Assembly: GCA_043228905.1 (NCBI GenBank)
Contig: JBHGNT010000009.1
Coordinates: 20,522,001 to 20,586,000, forward strand
Reading direction: 5' to 3'
From: Azolla caroliniana
Taxonomy: Eukaryota; Plantae; Polypodiophyta
DNA length: 64,000 nucleotides
In this document: positions 31,112 to 44,700 of the stretch, piece by piece
Layout: every line of letters begins with the position of its first letter
How positions within the stretch are numbered: the first letter of the stretch is position 1
Notes under the pieces: generated by a model
Seen by the model: only the letters and a program-made list of their open reading frames with translations
What the model was told of the DNA's origin: nothing
The model's database searches: none
Program-made: the position numbers and the translations under genes

Positions 31112-32231
31112 CTCAGAACCTTGTTCATCGCATTCACCATGTGGGCCACCGAGTTGGTCCCTCCTTGCGGCAGCGTACACATCCGCACTAGGCCGAGGGG
31201 AGTTCGCATCGTCGTAATGTCTCTGCTCTCCACGGCTAGCTGGAACTGGTCGTACCCTGAGTATAGATCACCGACCGAGTAAATCGACCTTCCGGCGAAG
31301 GCCTCCGCGAACTCGTCTATGGTCGGTCCGATCCCTGCGTTCCGAATGGTCACCCTATTGACCGGTTGCAGGTCTTGAATGAAGCGCAATGATCCGTTTT
31401 TCTTTGGTACGGTAAACCATCGGTTTGAATACGGGGCGCTCGACGGCTCGAGAATGCCCATATCAACTTTCTGCTTCAACAGCTCCATCAACTTCGGGAT
31501 GTGAGCTCTCGGTACCGGAATCGGCTTGAGATTCCACGGCACATGCGGTACCGTGAATATCACCATCGGCTCCACGATCGTCGGGTCTACGCACCCGATC
31601 TCTTCCGGTGAGAACGCGAAGGCTTTCCCGTGCCTTCCGAGCATTCTCCGAAATCGGTCTTCCTCCGCCGGCAGTAGGAACCCGCCCCCACCGATTTTGA
31701 GCTCCCGGAGCGTCTCGTTGGTGAAGGTGTGTCCTATGCAGGCCGGATCTCGTAAGCTGGGGTCCGATGCAACCCCTTTGATTCGCGACTCGCTGCCCTC
31801 CGGTAAGGGTACCGCGACTGGCCTTACCTTCCGGTCCACAGTCTTGTACTTGGTGCTTACTCGGGCCGTCCGATCCGACTCTAGCCCCCGACCAAAGTCC
31901 GCGATGACTTCGTACATCTCTTCGGAACATACCGGTATCGTCCGGTCTTCGTTAAGGTCTTCTTCGATTACCTTTCCCAGCATTCCCAAGGTGTCGTCGA
32001 AGGAGACCGCCTCCACGGCTCCGTTGATTTCCTCGTCAGGGCCGAGAACTCCGCACGCTCGAAATCTCCCCTCCGTCTTTGTCTTTTCTCGGCCTACGAT
32101 GCCGACCGTCATACACCCTCCGTTGTCGGAGAAGCAAAATCTCCTACCTATTGTACACGGTTTTATCATACAGATGTGGGGTTTTCCCGGAGCATCCGGA
32201 CTGTCGCGGCCCCACGCCTTGGCAGTCCTCT

Positions 32232-34385
32232 CTAAAAATCCTCTCGGTTTTCGGAACCGAGGGAGTCGCGGTTACGTTCGTGGTTCGGCCGTACCGTCAG
32301 AAACTGGACCGAATGGCGCCCGTCCTGGCTTTTGACCCTTGCATAGGCCGAGCCATTATTCAGCACCTTGGTCTCCATTCGCGCCGCCGTGATGTACGGC
32401 TCTCCCAATATTACCGGATGCGAGGACGTCTCCTGTACGAAGAAGTGCTGGTCAATCTCGACGTCGCCGATCTTGACCCGTACATTCGGGCAGGCCCCGT
32501 GCAGTTCCTCGGTGGCGCGCGTCGCCGCCCGTATCTTCCACCCGTGCTTGGTGTTGATTGGCCATTTGCCCTTCTTGTAGAAGTCCATGGACATTAGGTT
32601 GATCTTCGAACCGTGGTCCACCAAAGCTACCACCGGCTCCTGGACATCTCCGATCTTCACCGGGGTTTCCGTGGTCGCTCGGGCCCAGTGTGGCCTCGAA
32701 TAGTGGCTCTCCGTCCACTCATCTTCCAGCGCCATGTCGTCTAGGTGCGTCGTCCTCACCTCTACCGGTCTTTCCGCATCCGTCTCCGTTGACAGCCTCT
32801 TCCGTTTCACCAGGTCCACAATGGAGTCGTGGAATTCCTTCTTGGCGATCCCTAGCACCTCTCGCAATGACAGCTCCACTTTGCCGTCGAGGATCCGTTC
32901 CTCTAGGACCTTCCGTAGGTCCGTAGTCCTTTCTATTTCTGTCCCCAGTCGGTACCCGCCCTTCCTGGGGTTATCTTGCGGGCCGGGTCCACCGGCATCG
33001 TTCCGTTGTTGTCCGAATCGGGTCTCGTACCGTTGTGAGGGCCCGGTCGCTCCGGCTTTCCCCACTCGTTTCTCTTCTACCAAAGCCTCGTAGTTCCGGC
33101 AAGCGGCTTCTACGAAGCCCGTCTTCTCCTCGACCGGATCGCTCCACCCGGTTATTTCCCGGACCCGTCTCTCAGCGTGGTCCGTTTCATCTTTCCTCAG
33201 TCGCGTGCCGGCGAGGCCTTCCAGCATTGCCGACCAGAATCCGTCTTGGCTCTCCTTTCGGGCCTCGCTGCCCCCGACCCGAATGCCGGCCGATGCCGAG
33301 TAGTGGATGGCCTCCACGTGTCAGGCCGCTGCCTCTTCCATCAGTCTCTTCATACCACCTCGCCCGTCGTTTCGGCTCAGGGCCCTCCTAGTGTCGCCAG
33401 CGTGCACCCGGCCTTCCCACAGGTACACCACCTGGTTTCTCAGCGCCTCTGCGAAATCGCCGCAGTCCTTCCGAATGTGGCCGACCTCGTCGCACCACAT
33501 GCACCTGTTCCCCGCTGCCGGCCGTCGGTCACGAGCCGGATCACCGCCTTCCCTTCGAGTCTGGGCGATCTGGAGATCCTTTATCGCCCGCGTTAACTCC
33601 TCTATCGCTGCTCCTCCGGACGAGCCATTGACCATGCTGGTCGAAGCCGGATCGGTTTCGAGCCATTCCCGGGTTTCTTCCCTTCGCACTTGCGGCGCCG
33701 GTTCAAGCCTCCTTGCCGTAACAGAGCCCGCACCGGCCGCCCCGTTGTCAGCCCATTCTCGCCGTTTGTCGAAACGGCCACAGACTCTCTTAACCGCAGC
33801 CCAGAGGGTCGTCAACCCGTCTTCAGTTTCCAGCAAGGAGCCGACTTGATCCCGGTCCCGCTCGTCCACCGACTTGACGAACAGTAGGACCCGGCTCGTA
33901 TCCAGGATAGTTCGGACAAGCGCCGAAAGGCGCGCAAAGCGTTCTTCGAACTCCCGGAGGAGTGCCGACGCGTTTCTTCCTTTGCCGGGGGACTCCACCC
34001 ATTCCATGATGTCCCGTTTCGAAAGCCGGAGCGCGTCGTCCAGCCCATATTTCTCTAGGAGTCGGCCTTCGAACTCCTCCCAGGTACGGCTCTCCGCCCG
34101 TACCTCGAGCACCTCCGCATGGATGCTCGGCATCGCCACCCGAGGGAAACCGGCAAGACGCCTCTCTTCCGGAATGTCCCGCATCAGCATTTCCGCCCCG
34201 TAGGACGTCAAATACCTCGTGGCATCCTTTCCGCTGAAACGGCCGATCGTACCGACGACCGCCTCAATGGCTCTGTCGAGGGCACCGGTGCCCTCGCGTG
34301 TGCTCAATATTCGATCCACGGCCGAAGCCATGGCCTCTGCAAGATCCGACCCCCTCATCTTCTGCTCTTCTGCCGCCTCTTTCAC
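32232..34385 (-). pseudogene. gag: A gag-protease with one nonsense codon (33321-33323, CGA>TGA relative to B)
   Basis: The two ORFs are in frame and collinear with B's 717-aa ORF; CMWCDEVGHIRKDC; VDHGSKIN. Confidence 0.92.
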
Positions 34386-34900
34386 GTCGGGTTCACCAAG
34401 ATGTCGTGTTATTGCGCAAGTGCGTATAGAAACGAGACGGGACCACGGGTATTAGAGATTAGGTACTAAAGTAAGCATAAAATAAGGATATATCAATGAT
34501 AGATCTAGAAAGAATAGAGAGAAAAGAGAGAAAGAAGGGTGCCGATCCACCCGACCACCCCCGAGCGAAGGGATCGAGACGGACTCGAGCCTCGATCAGC
34601 GTCCCATACCACCGCCTTGGCGTCGAGTCGTACCTGGACGATAGCGCGCTTGCTACAAGAGTCGTTCCACTCACGGACAGAGTCTCGACGTAGTCAATGC
34701 ATGATGAAATGAGGATAGCTAGGCCTCTTATTTATAGTAATTCTCAAGGCCCCCAGCCATGTTCACACTTGGCCTCATGGGTTGTCTCAATCCCGAGGAT
34801 TAAAAGTAATCCTCCCCTTCTTTAGACTCTTTGTTTAACCCTCACACTTATCCACGTGTATAGAATACTACGACAATTCTCACCACGGGATATTATATGG

Positions 34901-37900
34901 TCATGCCCGTAACATACTCCCCCTCTTTAAAACATTGCACTCTTGCAATGGAAAGTTAGGAAAGTTAGTTGTTAGAGTCGTTTCGCGTTCCCATGTGGCA
35001 TCTTTGATTGATTTATCCATCCATTTTATTTTAAATTCTCGGATTTCCTTAGTACGTAATTTTTTTGTTTTAACATCGAGAATTCTTTCTGGTACATGTG
35101 GTTTAGAAGATAAATCTTCAGAAGTAACCAGAGTTTCAGTTGTAACTGTATTGTCGCCAGAACCTAGAAGTTCTTTTAGACGACTTACATGAAAGACTGG
35201 ATGGATTCCAACACCATCGGGAAGAGCGAGACGATAGGCTAATGATCCAATGCGTTTGAGGACTGTAAAAGGTCCACAAAACCGTGGGGCTAACTTAGCG
35301 CACTTACCCGTAGACAATGTCTTAGAATTGTGAGGTACACGTAAAAATACCTTCTGTCCAGGGCTGAATACACGAGGTTGCCTATGATGATCGGCATAAA
35401 AACGCGCTCTATCCTGAGCTGTTTTTATATTATCCCGTGCAATATGCAACATATCTTGCATATCCCGAAGAAAGTTTTGCGTACTTCGCAACTCATCATG
35501 ATGTATATTAACATCAATCGGGGCTCGTGGCTGAAATCCATACATCAACATAAAAGGACTATATCCCGTCGACGTATGCTTGGAGCTGTTATAAGCAAAC
35601 TCCAAAATTGGGAGGTAACGTTCCCATTTTGTTGGTTTTGCACCAACGTATGCTCGAAGCATGTCCTCAATAATTTGATTTACTCGTTCTGTCTGTCCAT
35701 CGGATTGAGGATGATCCGTGGAGCTCATGCTCAACGTAGTTTCTAACTTCTTAAAGACTTGCGTCCAGAAGTCACTAGTAAACTTTGGATCTCGGTCACT
35801 CACGATATCCATCGGTAACCCGTAAAAACGAAATAACTCATCAACGAATTGGTAAGCCAATTCAGGAGCTGTTACCGTGGTTTTAGTAGCAATAAATCTG
35901 GCCATTTTAGTTAGTCTGTCAACCACAACCCATATGGCATCATGACCTTTTTGGGTGCGAGGAAGGCTAACAATAAAATCCATGGATATACTTTCCCACT
36001 TATTATTGGGAATGTCCAAGGGATGTAAAAGTCCTGCGGCTTTAAGTCGCTCGGCTTTGTTAACCTGACATTGGTGACATTTAGTCACATAGCTATGTAT
36101 GTCAGGACGCATCTTAGGCCAATAAAATTGAGTGGAGATGAGAACGAGTGTACGATGTATTCCAGGGTGCCCTGCTGAGGGTGCATCATGGCATTCAAAA
36201 AGAATTCTCTTTTTGACCTCAGGTAAATCTGGAACACAAACCTTCCCATTACGGTAGAGCAGACCGTTAGCAATGTGGAAGTATTCCTTCGAGGGTGTGG
36301 TGGTGTCTGTTCCAGACTCGACTCTTGCCCAGTATTTTGCAAAATAATTGTCATCAGGATACTTTCCTCGAAGGTGATCATAAAGATCTGATGTTATTTC
36401 AGTGAAGCTAAGCATGTTAACTTCACGGATGCGACTTAGTGCATCAGCGACAGTATTCATGGAACCTTTACGATATCGTATGGAAAAATCAAAGTCCTGG
36501 ATGAGATCAGCCCATCGTGCCTTACGACCTTTCAGGTCTTGTTGGTCACAAAAATATTTCAAGGACTCGTGGTCCGTAGTTACCACAAAGCGATTTCCAT
36601 AAAGATAATGGCGCCATGTTTTGAGCGCATGTATAACCGCAAATAATTCCTTTTCTTGAACGGTATACCGACATTGAGCAGAATCAAGTTTCTTACTCTC
36701 GAATGCTATTGGTTTACCATCTTGATACAAGACAGCACCTATAGCATAATCGCTTGCGTCGGTTTCAACCTCAAAAGGTTTTGAAGGATCGGGTAAAAGA
36801 AGTGAAGGAGCCTTGCATACCAAGTCCTTGAGTTCCTTAAAGGCGAGGTCTAGTGTAGCATTCCACACAATAGGTTTTGTAGACTTACGCGTTTGACCTT
36901 TTAGAAGATCAGTAAACGGCGTCGTCAATTGTGAGTAATTACGAAGAGATTTTCGCAAAAATCCGACAAAACCAAGGAATGATCGAACTTCTCGAATATT
37001 CCGAAGAGTGGGCCAAAGCTTGATTTTCTCGATGCGAGAAGGATCAATTTCAACTCCTCGTTCGGTTATGAGATGTCCAAGATAAGTAATTGATTTCTTG
37101 AAGAACTCACATTTTGAGATCTTCGCGTAAAATTGTTTGTCACACAATATTTGTAAAACAAAGCGGACATGTCTAGCATGTTCTTGTAATGTACGGCTAT
37201 AAACTAAAATATCATCTAAGAAGATGACGACAAATTTTCCAAGTTGTTCTCGGAAAATGTCATTCATTTCTTGTTGAAATGTAGCCGGAGCATTGGTCAA
37301 ACCAAAAGGCATAACCAAAAACTCATAATGGCCGTAGCGCGTACGAAATGCTGTTTTAGGAACATCGTCCTCACTTATTCGTATTTGATGGTAGACAGTA
37401 CGGAGATCAAGTTTCGTAAAATACCGAGCTCCCTGGAGACGGTCAATTAGATCGTCAGCCCGGGGCAATGGGTACGAATTCTTGATCGTCACTTTATTAA
37501 AGCGTCGGTAATTAATACACATACGCCATGTGCCCTCTTTCTTTTTAACCAAGAGAACTGGTGCACCCCATGGAGATTTACTATAACGTATATAACCCAT
37601 TCGTAAATAGTCCTTAAGTTGCTTAGCTACCTCATCCTCTTCAGATCGACTTAGGCGATACGGAGGTATACTAATGGGTGCAATGCCAGGTACAATATCT
37701 ATACGATGGTCTATATTACGTTTAGGAGGTAAACCATTGGGTAGTTCACTCGGAAAAACATCACGAAAATCGTTTACGATTTCATCAAGTTGTTTTTGTT
37801 CAAAATATGTTAATTGACCCGAGACATTATCGATATTGTAAACGTGAATGTCCGGATCAAGTACACAATAAAATAACGTAGAACAAGACAACTCGGATAT

Positions 37901-39424
37901 TGATGGACACGAGGAAACAATCGAGAGGGATTGTTTTGTTACACATTGAATAAAATGCGTACAATCGTTGAGTACAAAAGAAATGGAATGGCGAACCCAA
38001 TCAATAAATAAAGAAGAGCTTTTATTATAAAACCTGGGATAACCCAGTATTACATCGGTGGTACTAAGATTCATTACATGGAAGTCTACTTCCTCTATAT
38101 AGGTATCAATAGAAATTCCTAAAGAATGAATCGCCCCGTTGATGTGTTGTACTCTTCCATCAGCCAAGTGCACCGTGTAGGTGTGATCACTTACGCTGGG
38201 TTGGATTCCCCATATCTGTACCAAACGATCATTCACAAAATTGTGTGAGCTTCCCGAATCAAATAAAAATTGTACGGGAGATCCATTGATATACCCGTTT
38301 GCACGTAGTAAATCATTGGGACCCAATACATAATGAGGGAAAGAACATTGACAATTACTCAAATGATGTGTATAGACCTGAAGGACATTAGGAATCTGAC
38401 CTTTATGGTCTGTAGCTTTAGGTTTGGCGTCGTGCTCTTTTCGTTGGAGCTTACGACATTGCTCTTTTGTATGGCCCTTCTTTTTGCAGAATACGCAAAA
38501 AGGATGTTGTCGCTTATAATCGCGATCCATGAATTCGTTGGGTGTCTTGCGTTTCCCAACGAATTGCGACTGCTTAGTCCCGGGCGCTTCGTTGGGTTTG
38601 TTATGGTCCTTCTTCGAAGTGCGTTGATAGCGAAGAACTATCTCAACGGCCTCTTCGAAGGATTTTGGATCCTTATCGTGCACTATCCAGTGATAGTCCG
38701 AATTGGGGATGCCATTGACAAAACAAGCTATTAACCAATTGTCCCCTTCTAGACCCGATTTTTGGATTTGGGTTCTAGCATGGTGGACATAATCTTCTAG
38801 CGAGGAAAACTTCCTGCTAGAGAGGTTCATTAAAGCTTGTGCTGCCTCGGTTCGAGAGGGAGGTTGTAGAAATTGTCCCTTGAAAACTGTGACAAAGTCT
38901 GTCCAGGTCTCGGGCAATCTCCCCAAAGTTCGGAGCCCACGCCACCAAGCGGCGGCCTTACCCCCTAGTTCTCGGCCGACATATGCAATCTTCGTACTAT
39001 CTGGCGTGGGATAGAGCTCAAAATGAGACTCCCATCGGCCCAACCACGTGCAGATTGCTTCTTCGGTTCTTTCCTTTTTATCTCCCGTAAATGGCTTTAC
39101 GACAAATGATGGTTCACCCTGACGCTCATCAGGTCTATTAATCTCATTTTGGAGACTAATGACTCGTGCCTCGAGAGCACTTTGAGATTGCCGAAATTCG
39201 GTCAACTGCTGCGCGGTTGAACTTAGGAAATGTTGTACTTGTAAAATATACGCCTCAATGGACATTGTCCCAGGAGGATTTCCTTGAGTTCTTTCCGCTT
39301 GAGCGGAGGGCATCGGGTCGTTATTCTGAGCCATTGAATGATTATTTCTGGCAAAGAAATAAGATAAGGTCAGACAAATAGTCATAACATCTTGTCGTGG
39401 TGTAAACATATCATGGGCAAACAT
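34901..39424 (-). CDS. C single-ORF Gag-Pol with C-terminal chromodomain (1507 aa)
   Basis: [52 protein letters not shown]...CHQC, GPF motif, PERILD...KIKW...DATWE. Confidence 0.95.
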   Translation of the reverse strand: MFAHDMFTPRQDVMTICLTLSYFFARNNHSMAQNNDPMPSAQAERTQGNPPGTMSIEAYILQVQHFLSSTAQQLTEFRQSQSALEARVISLQNEINRPDERQGEPSFVVKPFTGDKKERTEEAICTWLGRWESHFELYPTPDSTKIAYVGRELGGKAAAWWRGLRTLGRLPETWTDFVTVFKGQFLQPPSRTEAAQALMNLSSRKFSSLEDYVHHARTQIQKSGLEGDNWLIACFVNGIPNSDYHWIVHDKDPKSFEEAVEIVLRYQRTSKKDHNKPNEAPGTKQSQFVGKRKTPNEFMDRDYKRQHPFCVFCKKKGHTKEQCRKLQRKEHDAKPKATDHKGQIPNVLQVYTHHLSNCQCSFPHYVLGPNDLLRANGYINGSPVQFLFDSGSSHNFVNDRLVQIWGIQPSVSDHTYTVHLADGRVQHINGAIHSLGISIDTYIEEVDFHVMNLSTTDVILGYPRFYNKSSSLFIDWVRHSISFVLNDCTHFIQCVTKQSLSIVSSCPSISELSCSTLFYCVLDPDIHVYNIDNVSGQLTYFEQKQLDEIVNDFRDVFPSELPNGLPPKRNIDHRIDIVPGIAPISIPPYRLSRSEEDEVAKQLKDYLRMGYIRYSKSPWGAPVLLVKKKEGTWRMCINYRRFNKVTIKNSYPLPRADDLIDRLQGARYFTKLDLRTVYHQIRISEDDVPKTAFRTRYGHYEFLVMPFGLTNAPATFQQEMNDIFREQLGKFVVIFLDDILVYSRTLQEHARHVRFVLQILCDKQFYAKISKCEFFKKSITYLGHLITERGVEIDPSRIEKIKLWPTLRNIREVRSFLGFVGFLRKSLRNYSQLTTPFTDLLKGQTRKSTKPIVWNATLDLAFKELKDLVCKAPSLLLPDPSKPFEVETDASDYAIGAVLYQDGKPIAFESKKLDSAQCRYTVQEKELFAVIHALKTWRHYLYGNRFVVTTDHESLKYFCDQQDLKGRKARWADLIQDFDFSIRYRKGSMNTVADALSRIREVNMLSFTEITSDLYDHLRGKYPDDNYFAKYWARVESGTDTTTPSKEYFHIANGLLYRNGKVCVPDLPEVKKRILFECHDAPSAGHPGIHRTLVLISTQFYWPKMRPDIHSYVTKCHQCQVNKAERLKAAGLLHPLDIPNNKWESISMDFIVSLPRTQKGHDAIWVVVDRLTKMARFIATKTTVTAPELAYQFVDELFRFYGLPMDIVSDRDPKFTSDFWTQVFKKLETTLSMSSTDHPQSDGQTERVNQIIEDMLRAYVGAKPTKWERYLPILEFAYNSSKHTSTGYSPFMLMYGFQPRAPIDVNIHHDELRSTQNFLRDMQDMLHIARDNIKTAQDRARFYADHHRQPRVFSPGQKVFLRVPHNSKTLSTGKCAKLAPRFCGPFTVLKRIGSLAYRLALPDGVGIHPVFHVSRLKELLGSGDNTVTTETLVTSEDLSSKPHVPERILDVKTKKLRTKEIREFKIKWMDKSIKDATWERETTLTTNFPNFPLQECNVLKRGSMLRA

Positions 39425-41742
39425 TAATCGATATCATGATCTCACATCAATACCCCTCTAGACGTATGAGATGAGGTTCAAGATCAGGTTACTATGGTAA
39501 CACAGAGGTGTTTTAAAAACCATGGGGGTGACAAATGAATGCCTTTCCCTGATCTCTATATCGATTTTTTTCATGGCGGCTCCCCGAGGCTCAACCATGT
39601 ATGTTCGCGTCATGAATAGTTTATACACGAAAAAAATGTTAACAATAAACTATGTTTCTGTGCCCACGTATGTGGTTTCGGCTCTTTAAGTCCTATTACG
39701 AGGACCCCGAAGTGCACTTAGACCTAAAGTCTAAACATGTATTATAGTCATATGTATCAACGATGTTGTATGGTGTTGGTCATATTTGAACTCGAGACCT
39801 CGAGGACAAATACATTAAACACTTGAGCCAACCAAGTAGATTGCGCGTCTTGAATGTTTAATGTTTGAGGCGTATTCGAGATATGCGAGGCATTTGCCCC
39901 TATATGTTTTTTTTAAAAGAAACATATAGGTCAAGTGGCCTTATTTCTCCCTCATTTATTACCCACTATGGTTGTACGCTACCTACCCTCAAGCCTCGTA
40001 AGTACAATGGCATATGCCAAAGTGTAACCTAATGGTCAAGCCGAATGAGCCCTTGTGTCTTCGTAGGCTCATGTGGCCCATCACATGGTCACGTCATTAC
40101 GAATGCCACTCGTAAGAACGAGCTCATGGTGGCATCGTATCCATGTAACGAGGGGAGATGTTGGATACGTGTGTCATTAGAGCGACCCTACTTGATGTGG
40201 ATCAAGCCCGACGTATTCAACATCATTTTGGCTATACGAGGTTCGTTACGTAACGAAATATCAAAGTGACCAACGGGAATTTCAACAATAAAAATTGTTG
40301 ATAAAAGGGATGGTGACAACGCCATTCTCACAAAAATGTGAGGACGGCCACCAAAATCCTCTCCCCAAGTAGGAAAACATTTGATATGAATCACGTAATC
40401 TAAAATATACACATATGTCCATTTATCACATATATACGATCAGAGACGTATATAAGTGACCACATATGCGTATACTAAATGAATCGTTTTTTTTATATAG
40501 CCAACAATGATGTATTCGGGATACGTAATCGAGGCATATACCTCTACGCACACGAAACATCCGAAAATAAGGTTAAGCGTAATTCGCAATTGAGGTATTG
40601 ACCTCTTACGCATAGTAAATCCAACGCATATCATTTCGAACGAATCGAGGTGTTGACCTCGTACGCGAACGTAACATATGTTCGTGAACGTAATACGCAA
40701 TTGAGGTAGTAACCTCGTACGCATACGACACTCATCACATATGATTTATATGTCAAACGAGGTATTGACCTCGTGGACATATGTAAACGTTTAAGATAAC
40801 CAATTAAATACCACGTCAACATCATTGAATATATGAAAAAAAAACTACATATTAAGTATACACATGTATAGAAGGGAGAAGAAAAATTAGATAAAAAATT
40901 AAGGAAAATTTACCGAAGTTCTTTCGCTAATCCTTGTCTGCATGAAGGTGACCGCACAACGATCAATCGCCATCCCACGTTGTCGGGGTTGCTACGCCTT
41001 TGCGTGCAGAAAGGAGGAGGGACCACGGGGGTCTTGGACCGAAGAGCAAGAGAGAGCGGAGTAAGAGAGAGACCCGATTACACAGAACCGAAGATTGCAC
41101 AGGGACACGGCCCAACAAACAGAGATCACAAACAAACGTCGACACAGATGGACGCAACAACGAAAGATATGTACTTATGAATGCAAGAAAATAACAGACC
41201 AAAGTATTACAACCCACGGTGGGGCACGGAATAGATACTAACGAGAACGGACGGGGCGGCGAACAGATGCCGACCCCTGTATGTCGCGACGCACAGAAAG
41301 GGGAACAGGTCGGAGGTGCGGCAGGACGCACTCGGGGCGTTCCACGGAACAGCGCAAGCCTCCTCGAAACCTGCACAGGTACGCGATGGAGCAGAAGACA
41401 GAGAAAGCAGGAGTGAGAGAGAAGCTCCGGAGTCGGTTTGGCAGCACTTCGTCCTCTCCGCGCGAGATCCCCTTTTCTATCCTTCCTCTTCCCTTTTATA
41501 GCCCGTCAAGAGGCCGTTTGGCATTAACTGCATACCAACCGAATCTGCCCACCTAGGATCCTCGTATGTACCTACTTCGTTCCTAGGTACTTCTTGGCGC
41601 GCGTGTGTGTAGAGCCGTTTCCCACGCCTTGTTCCTCCGATTCCTCTTGTGGGCTGTTTTCTTCACGACATCCGCCCCCACCTAACCGCGCATCCACCGG
41701 TATGCGCCAAATTAAGTTGGCACGGAGAAAACCGGCCCGCCT

Positions 41743-44700
41743 TTACTCTTCGCCTGCCGGCCCTTCCTCGGCCTCGGATCGGTCGTCGCTGTTGTCCAGG
41801 AGAATCGGGTCGGGTTCGTCGTCGTGCCGCTTCTTGAAAGCTTTGATCCTCTTCCCGGCCACGGGTATCGCTATTCTCGTACCGTCGAGTTCCGCCAGAT
41901 GATACGTCCCGTTGTCGTTGGCGCTCTGTACCGTGTACGGCCCGAACCATCTCTGTGCGAACTTCCGCGTTGCTCGGTGCTGGTTGTCGAGGCTGCTGTC
42001 GTAGACGAGCACCCAGTCACCTTCGTCGATTTTCTTCGGTCGTAGCCGGTGCGTTCGGTCGAACCGGGCTTTGTTCTTTGTCCTCGCCACCCGGAGCTTC
42101 TCCGTAGCCAGTTCCACGTCCTCCGGTCTCCGCTCGAGCTGTCGTATACGCGCGGCCAACAACTCCTCCCGGCTCATCTCGTCCCTCCAGTCGACCGTTG
42201 CCCACGAGGAGATCGTCCGTTCAACCGGCATGATCGGCTTCTGGCCGAACATGAGCTCTGTCGGCATGTACCCGGTTACCGAACTGTGCGTGGTCCGGTC
42301 TGCCCACAAAGCATAAGGTAGGAGCCGCGGCCAGTTACCGACTTGGCCTCCGCATGCCCGAACCAGCGCTTTAACGATCGGCCCGTGTCCGCGCTCTACC
42401 TTTCCATTCGCCTCCGGGTTGTACGCAGTGGTGAGCGAGAGTTTGACTCCCAGCCGATCGAACAGCTCCGCAGCTTCCTCGGTGTCCAACTCCCCTCGGT
42501 CAGCCACGATCTTCCCGACGCACCCGTACCGGCATACCACGTCCTCGATCAGGAACCGACACACGGCCGCGGTCGTCTTGTTCTGAAGGGCTCGGCCTTC
42601 CACCTGGTTCGTCAGGTCTTCCCGTGCTAGGACCAGATACCGCATCTGTCCTACCCCCATCGGCATCGTCACCAGATCTACCATCCATTTGAAGTGGATA
42701 GTCGGAGGGTACGTAGGGCGAAGCCCGTCCCGGTGTCGGACTATCGAGTGCATCTGACAACTCTCGCAAGTTGACACGAACCGATGCACGTCCCGGTACA
42801 ATCCCGGCCACCAGTACTTCCCCTTCAGCTTCTCGAACGTGGCCCAAGTTCCACGGTGTCCGGCCCAAGGGCTGTCGTGGTAGGCCGTCAGCAGCTCCTC
42901 CTGTTCTTCCTTCATCGCCACCACCCGGAGCGGGATGCCGTTCCTCTTCTTCGGGTGCTTCCACAAATGCCCATCTCGGAGAAAGAATCGATATGCTTTC
43001 TTCCGGATCCGGTTGGCCTCGTCCTTCGTCCATGACGCATCGGGCGTCATTGTCTTCAAGAACCCGCCGATCTGCAGCCACTCCCCGTCGTACTTGCTCG
43101 CGTCGAACTCGTTAAGCGCCGGAGTGTTCATCCCGCCGGTCGTTATGTATGCTGCCTCGAAGAAATCCACGCCGACTTCTTCGTCTTCCGAAACCATGCC
43201 GCCCTCGTCGTCGAACCTCGCCCTCGAAAGCATGTCGGCCATGGCGTTGTCTTTTCCGGAAATGTGTCGTATTTCCGGGTCCAGGGACTTGATGTACGCT
43301 ATCCACCTGAGCATAGCCAGGTCCGGAGTCGCGCATCCGGAAACCATACCGAGAATCGGCAGGCAATCCGTCTCGATGATCACTTCTGTCCCTATCAGGT
43401 AGTCTTTGTCGGCCTTAACCGCCGAAACAATACCCCAGAGTTCGCGTTTAACCTGGGCGTATCCTCGCTGCCGTTCACTGAGGACTTTCGCGCCGAATCG
43501 GATCGGAAACCGATTGCCGTCCTCGTCTTCCTGGTTCACAACCCATCCGATCCCGGTCGGACTGGTATCCACCGTTATGAATACCGGGGTACCCTTCCCG
43601 TATACCGCCTTCCGGAGTGCCGGTGCCGCTGCAAGGGCCTCTTTCAGCTTCCGGACCGATTCCGCGTGCTCGTCCAGCCATTCGAACCTTCGCCCCCTTT
43701 TCAGCAACCCGTACAGTGGCTCCGCGACGTGTGCGTAATGCGGGACCCATATGTGGTAGAACGCGCATGCCCCCAGGAATCTCCGTACTTCCGTGACCGA
43801 GCTGCAGTCGGGCTTCATCGCGGAGATGGCTTCTACCTTTGCCGGAGACGGTTTCCGGCCATATGGTCCGCACAGGTGTCCGACCACCATGATTTCCGAC
43901 TGCCCGAAGGCCGACTTCTCCCCGGAGAAGGTGAGTCTCGCATCCTCTAGCCTTTGCAGCACCTTCTCGCAGTCGTCGATGTGCGTCGCCACGAATCGCC
44001 GGCATCCGTCCGGCCCGATCGTCTCGTCCTTTTCTTCCACCGGGCATCCCTTGATCGGGATGTCATCCAGAAACGGCATGGTGATGTCCGGGATACAGTC
44101 CCTCAGAACCTTGTTCATCGCATTCACCATGTGGGCCACCGAGTTGGTCCCTCCTTGCGGCAGTGTACACATCCGAACTAGGCCGAGGGGAGTTCGCATC
44201 GTCGTAATGTCTCTGCTATCCACGGCTAGCTGGAACTGGTCGTACCCTGAGTATAGATCCCCGACCGAGTAAATTGACCTTCCGGCGAAGGCCTCCGCGA
44301 ACTCGTCTATGGTCGGTCCGATCCCTGCGTTCCGAATGGTCACTCGATTGACCGGCTGCAGGTCCTGGATGAAGCGCAACGAACCGTTTTTCTTCGGTAC
44401 GGTAAACCATCGATTCGAGTATGGGGCGCTCGACGGCTCGAGAATTCCCATATCAACTTTCTGCCTCAGCAGCTCCATCAACTTCGGGATGTGAGCTCTC
44501 GGAACCGGGATTGGCTTGAGATTCCATGGTACATGCGGTACCGTGAATATCACCATCGGCTCCACGATCGTCGGGTCAACGCACCCGATTTCCTCCGGCG
44601 AGAATGCGAAGGCTTTCCCGTGCCTTCCGAGCATCCCCCGAAACCGGTCTTCCTCCGCCGGCAGTAGGAACCCGCCCCCACCGATTTTGAGCTCTCGGAG

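Larger units (their letters stand above)
23306..32241 (-). pseudogene. pol: A pol (RT-RH-INT), split by Copia D and carrying premature stops at 25253 and 23588
   Basis: DLYSGYDQF, LPQGGTNSVAH|FLDDIPIKG, HDSPWAGH...CENC, ADRGE, NGKVER; near-identical to B pol. Confidence 0.93.

Noticed and set aside
31526-33849. Long antisense and alternative-frame ORFs over A (likewise over B, E and F)
   Set aside because: Expected shadows of GC-rich coding sequence; no recognisable motifs.
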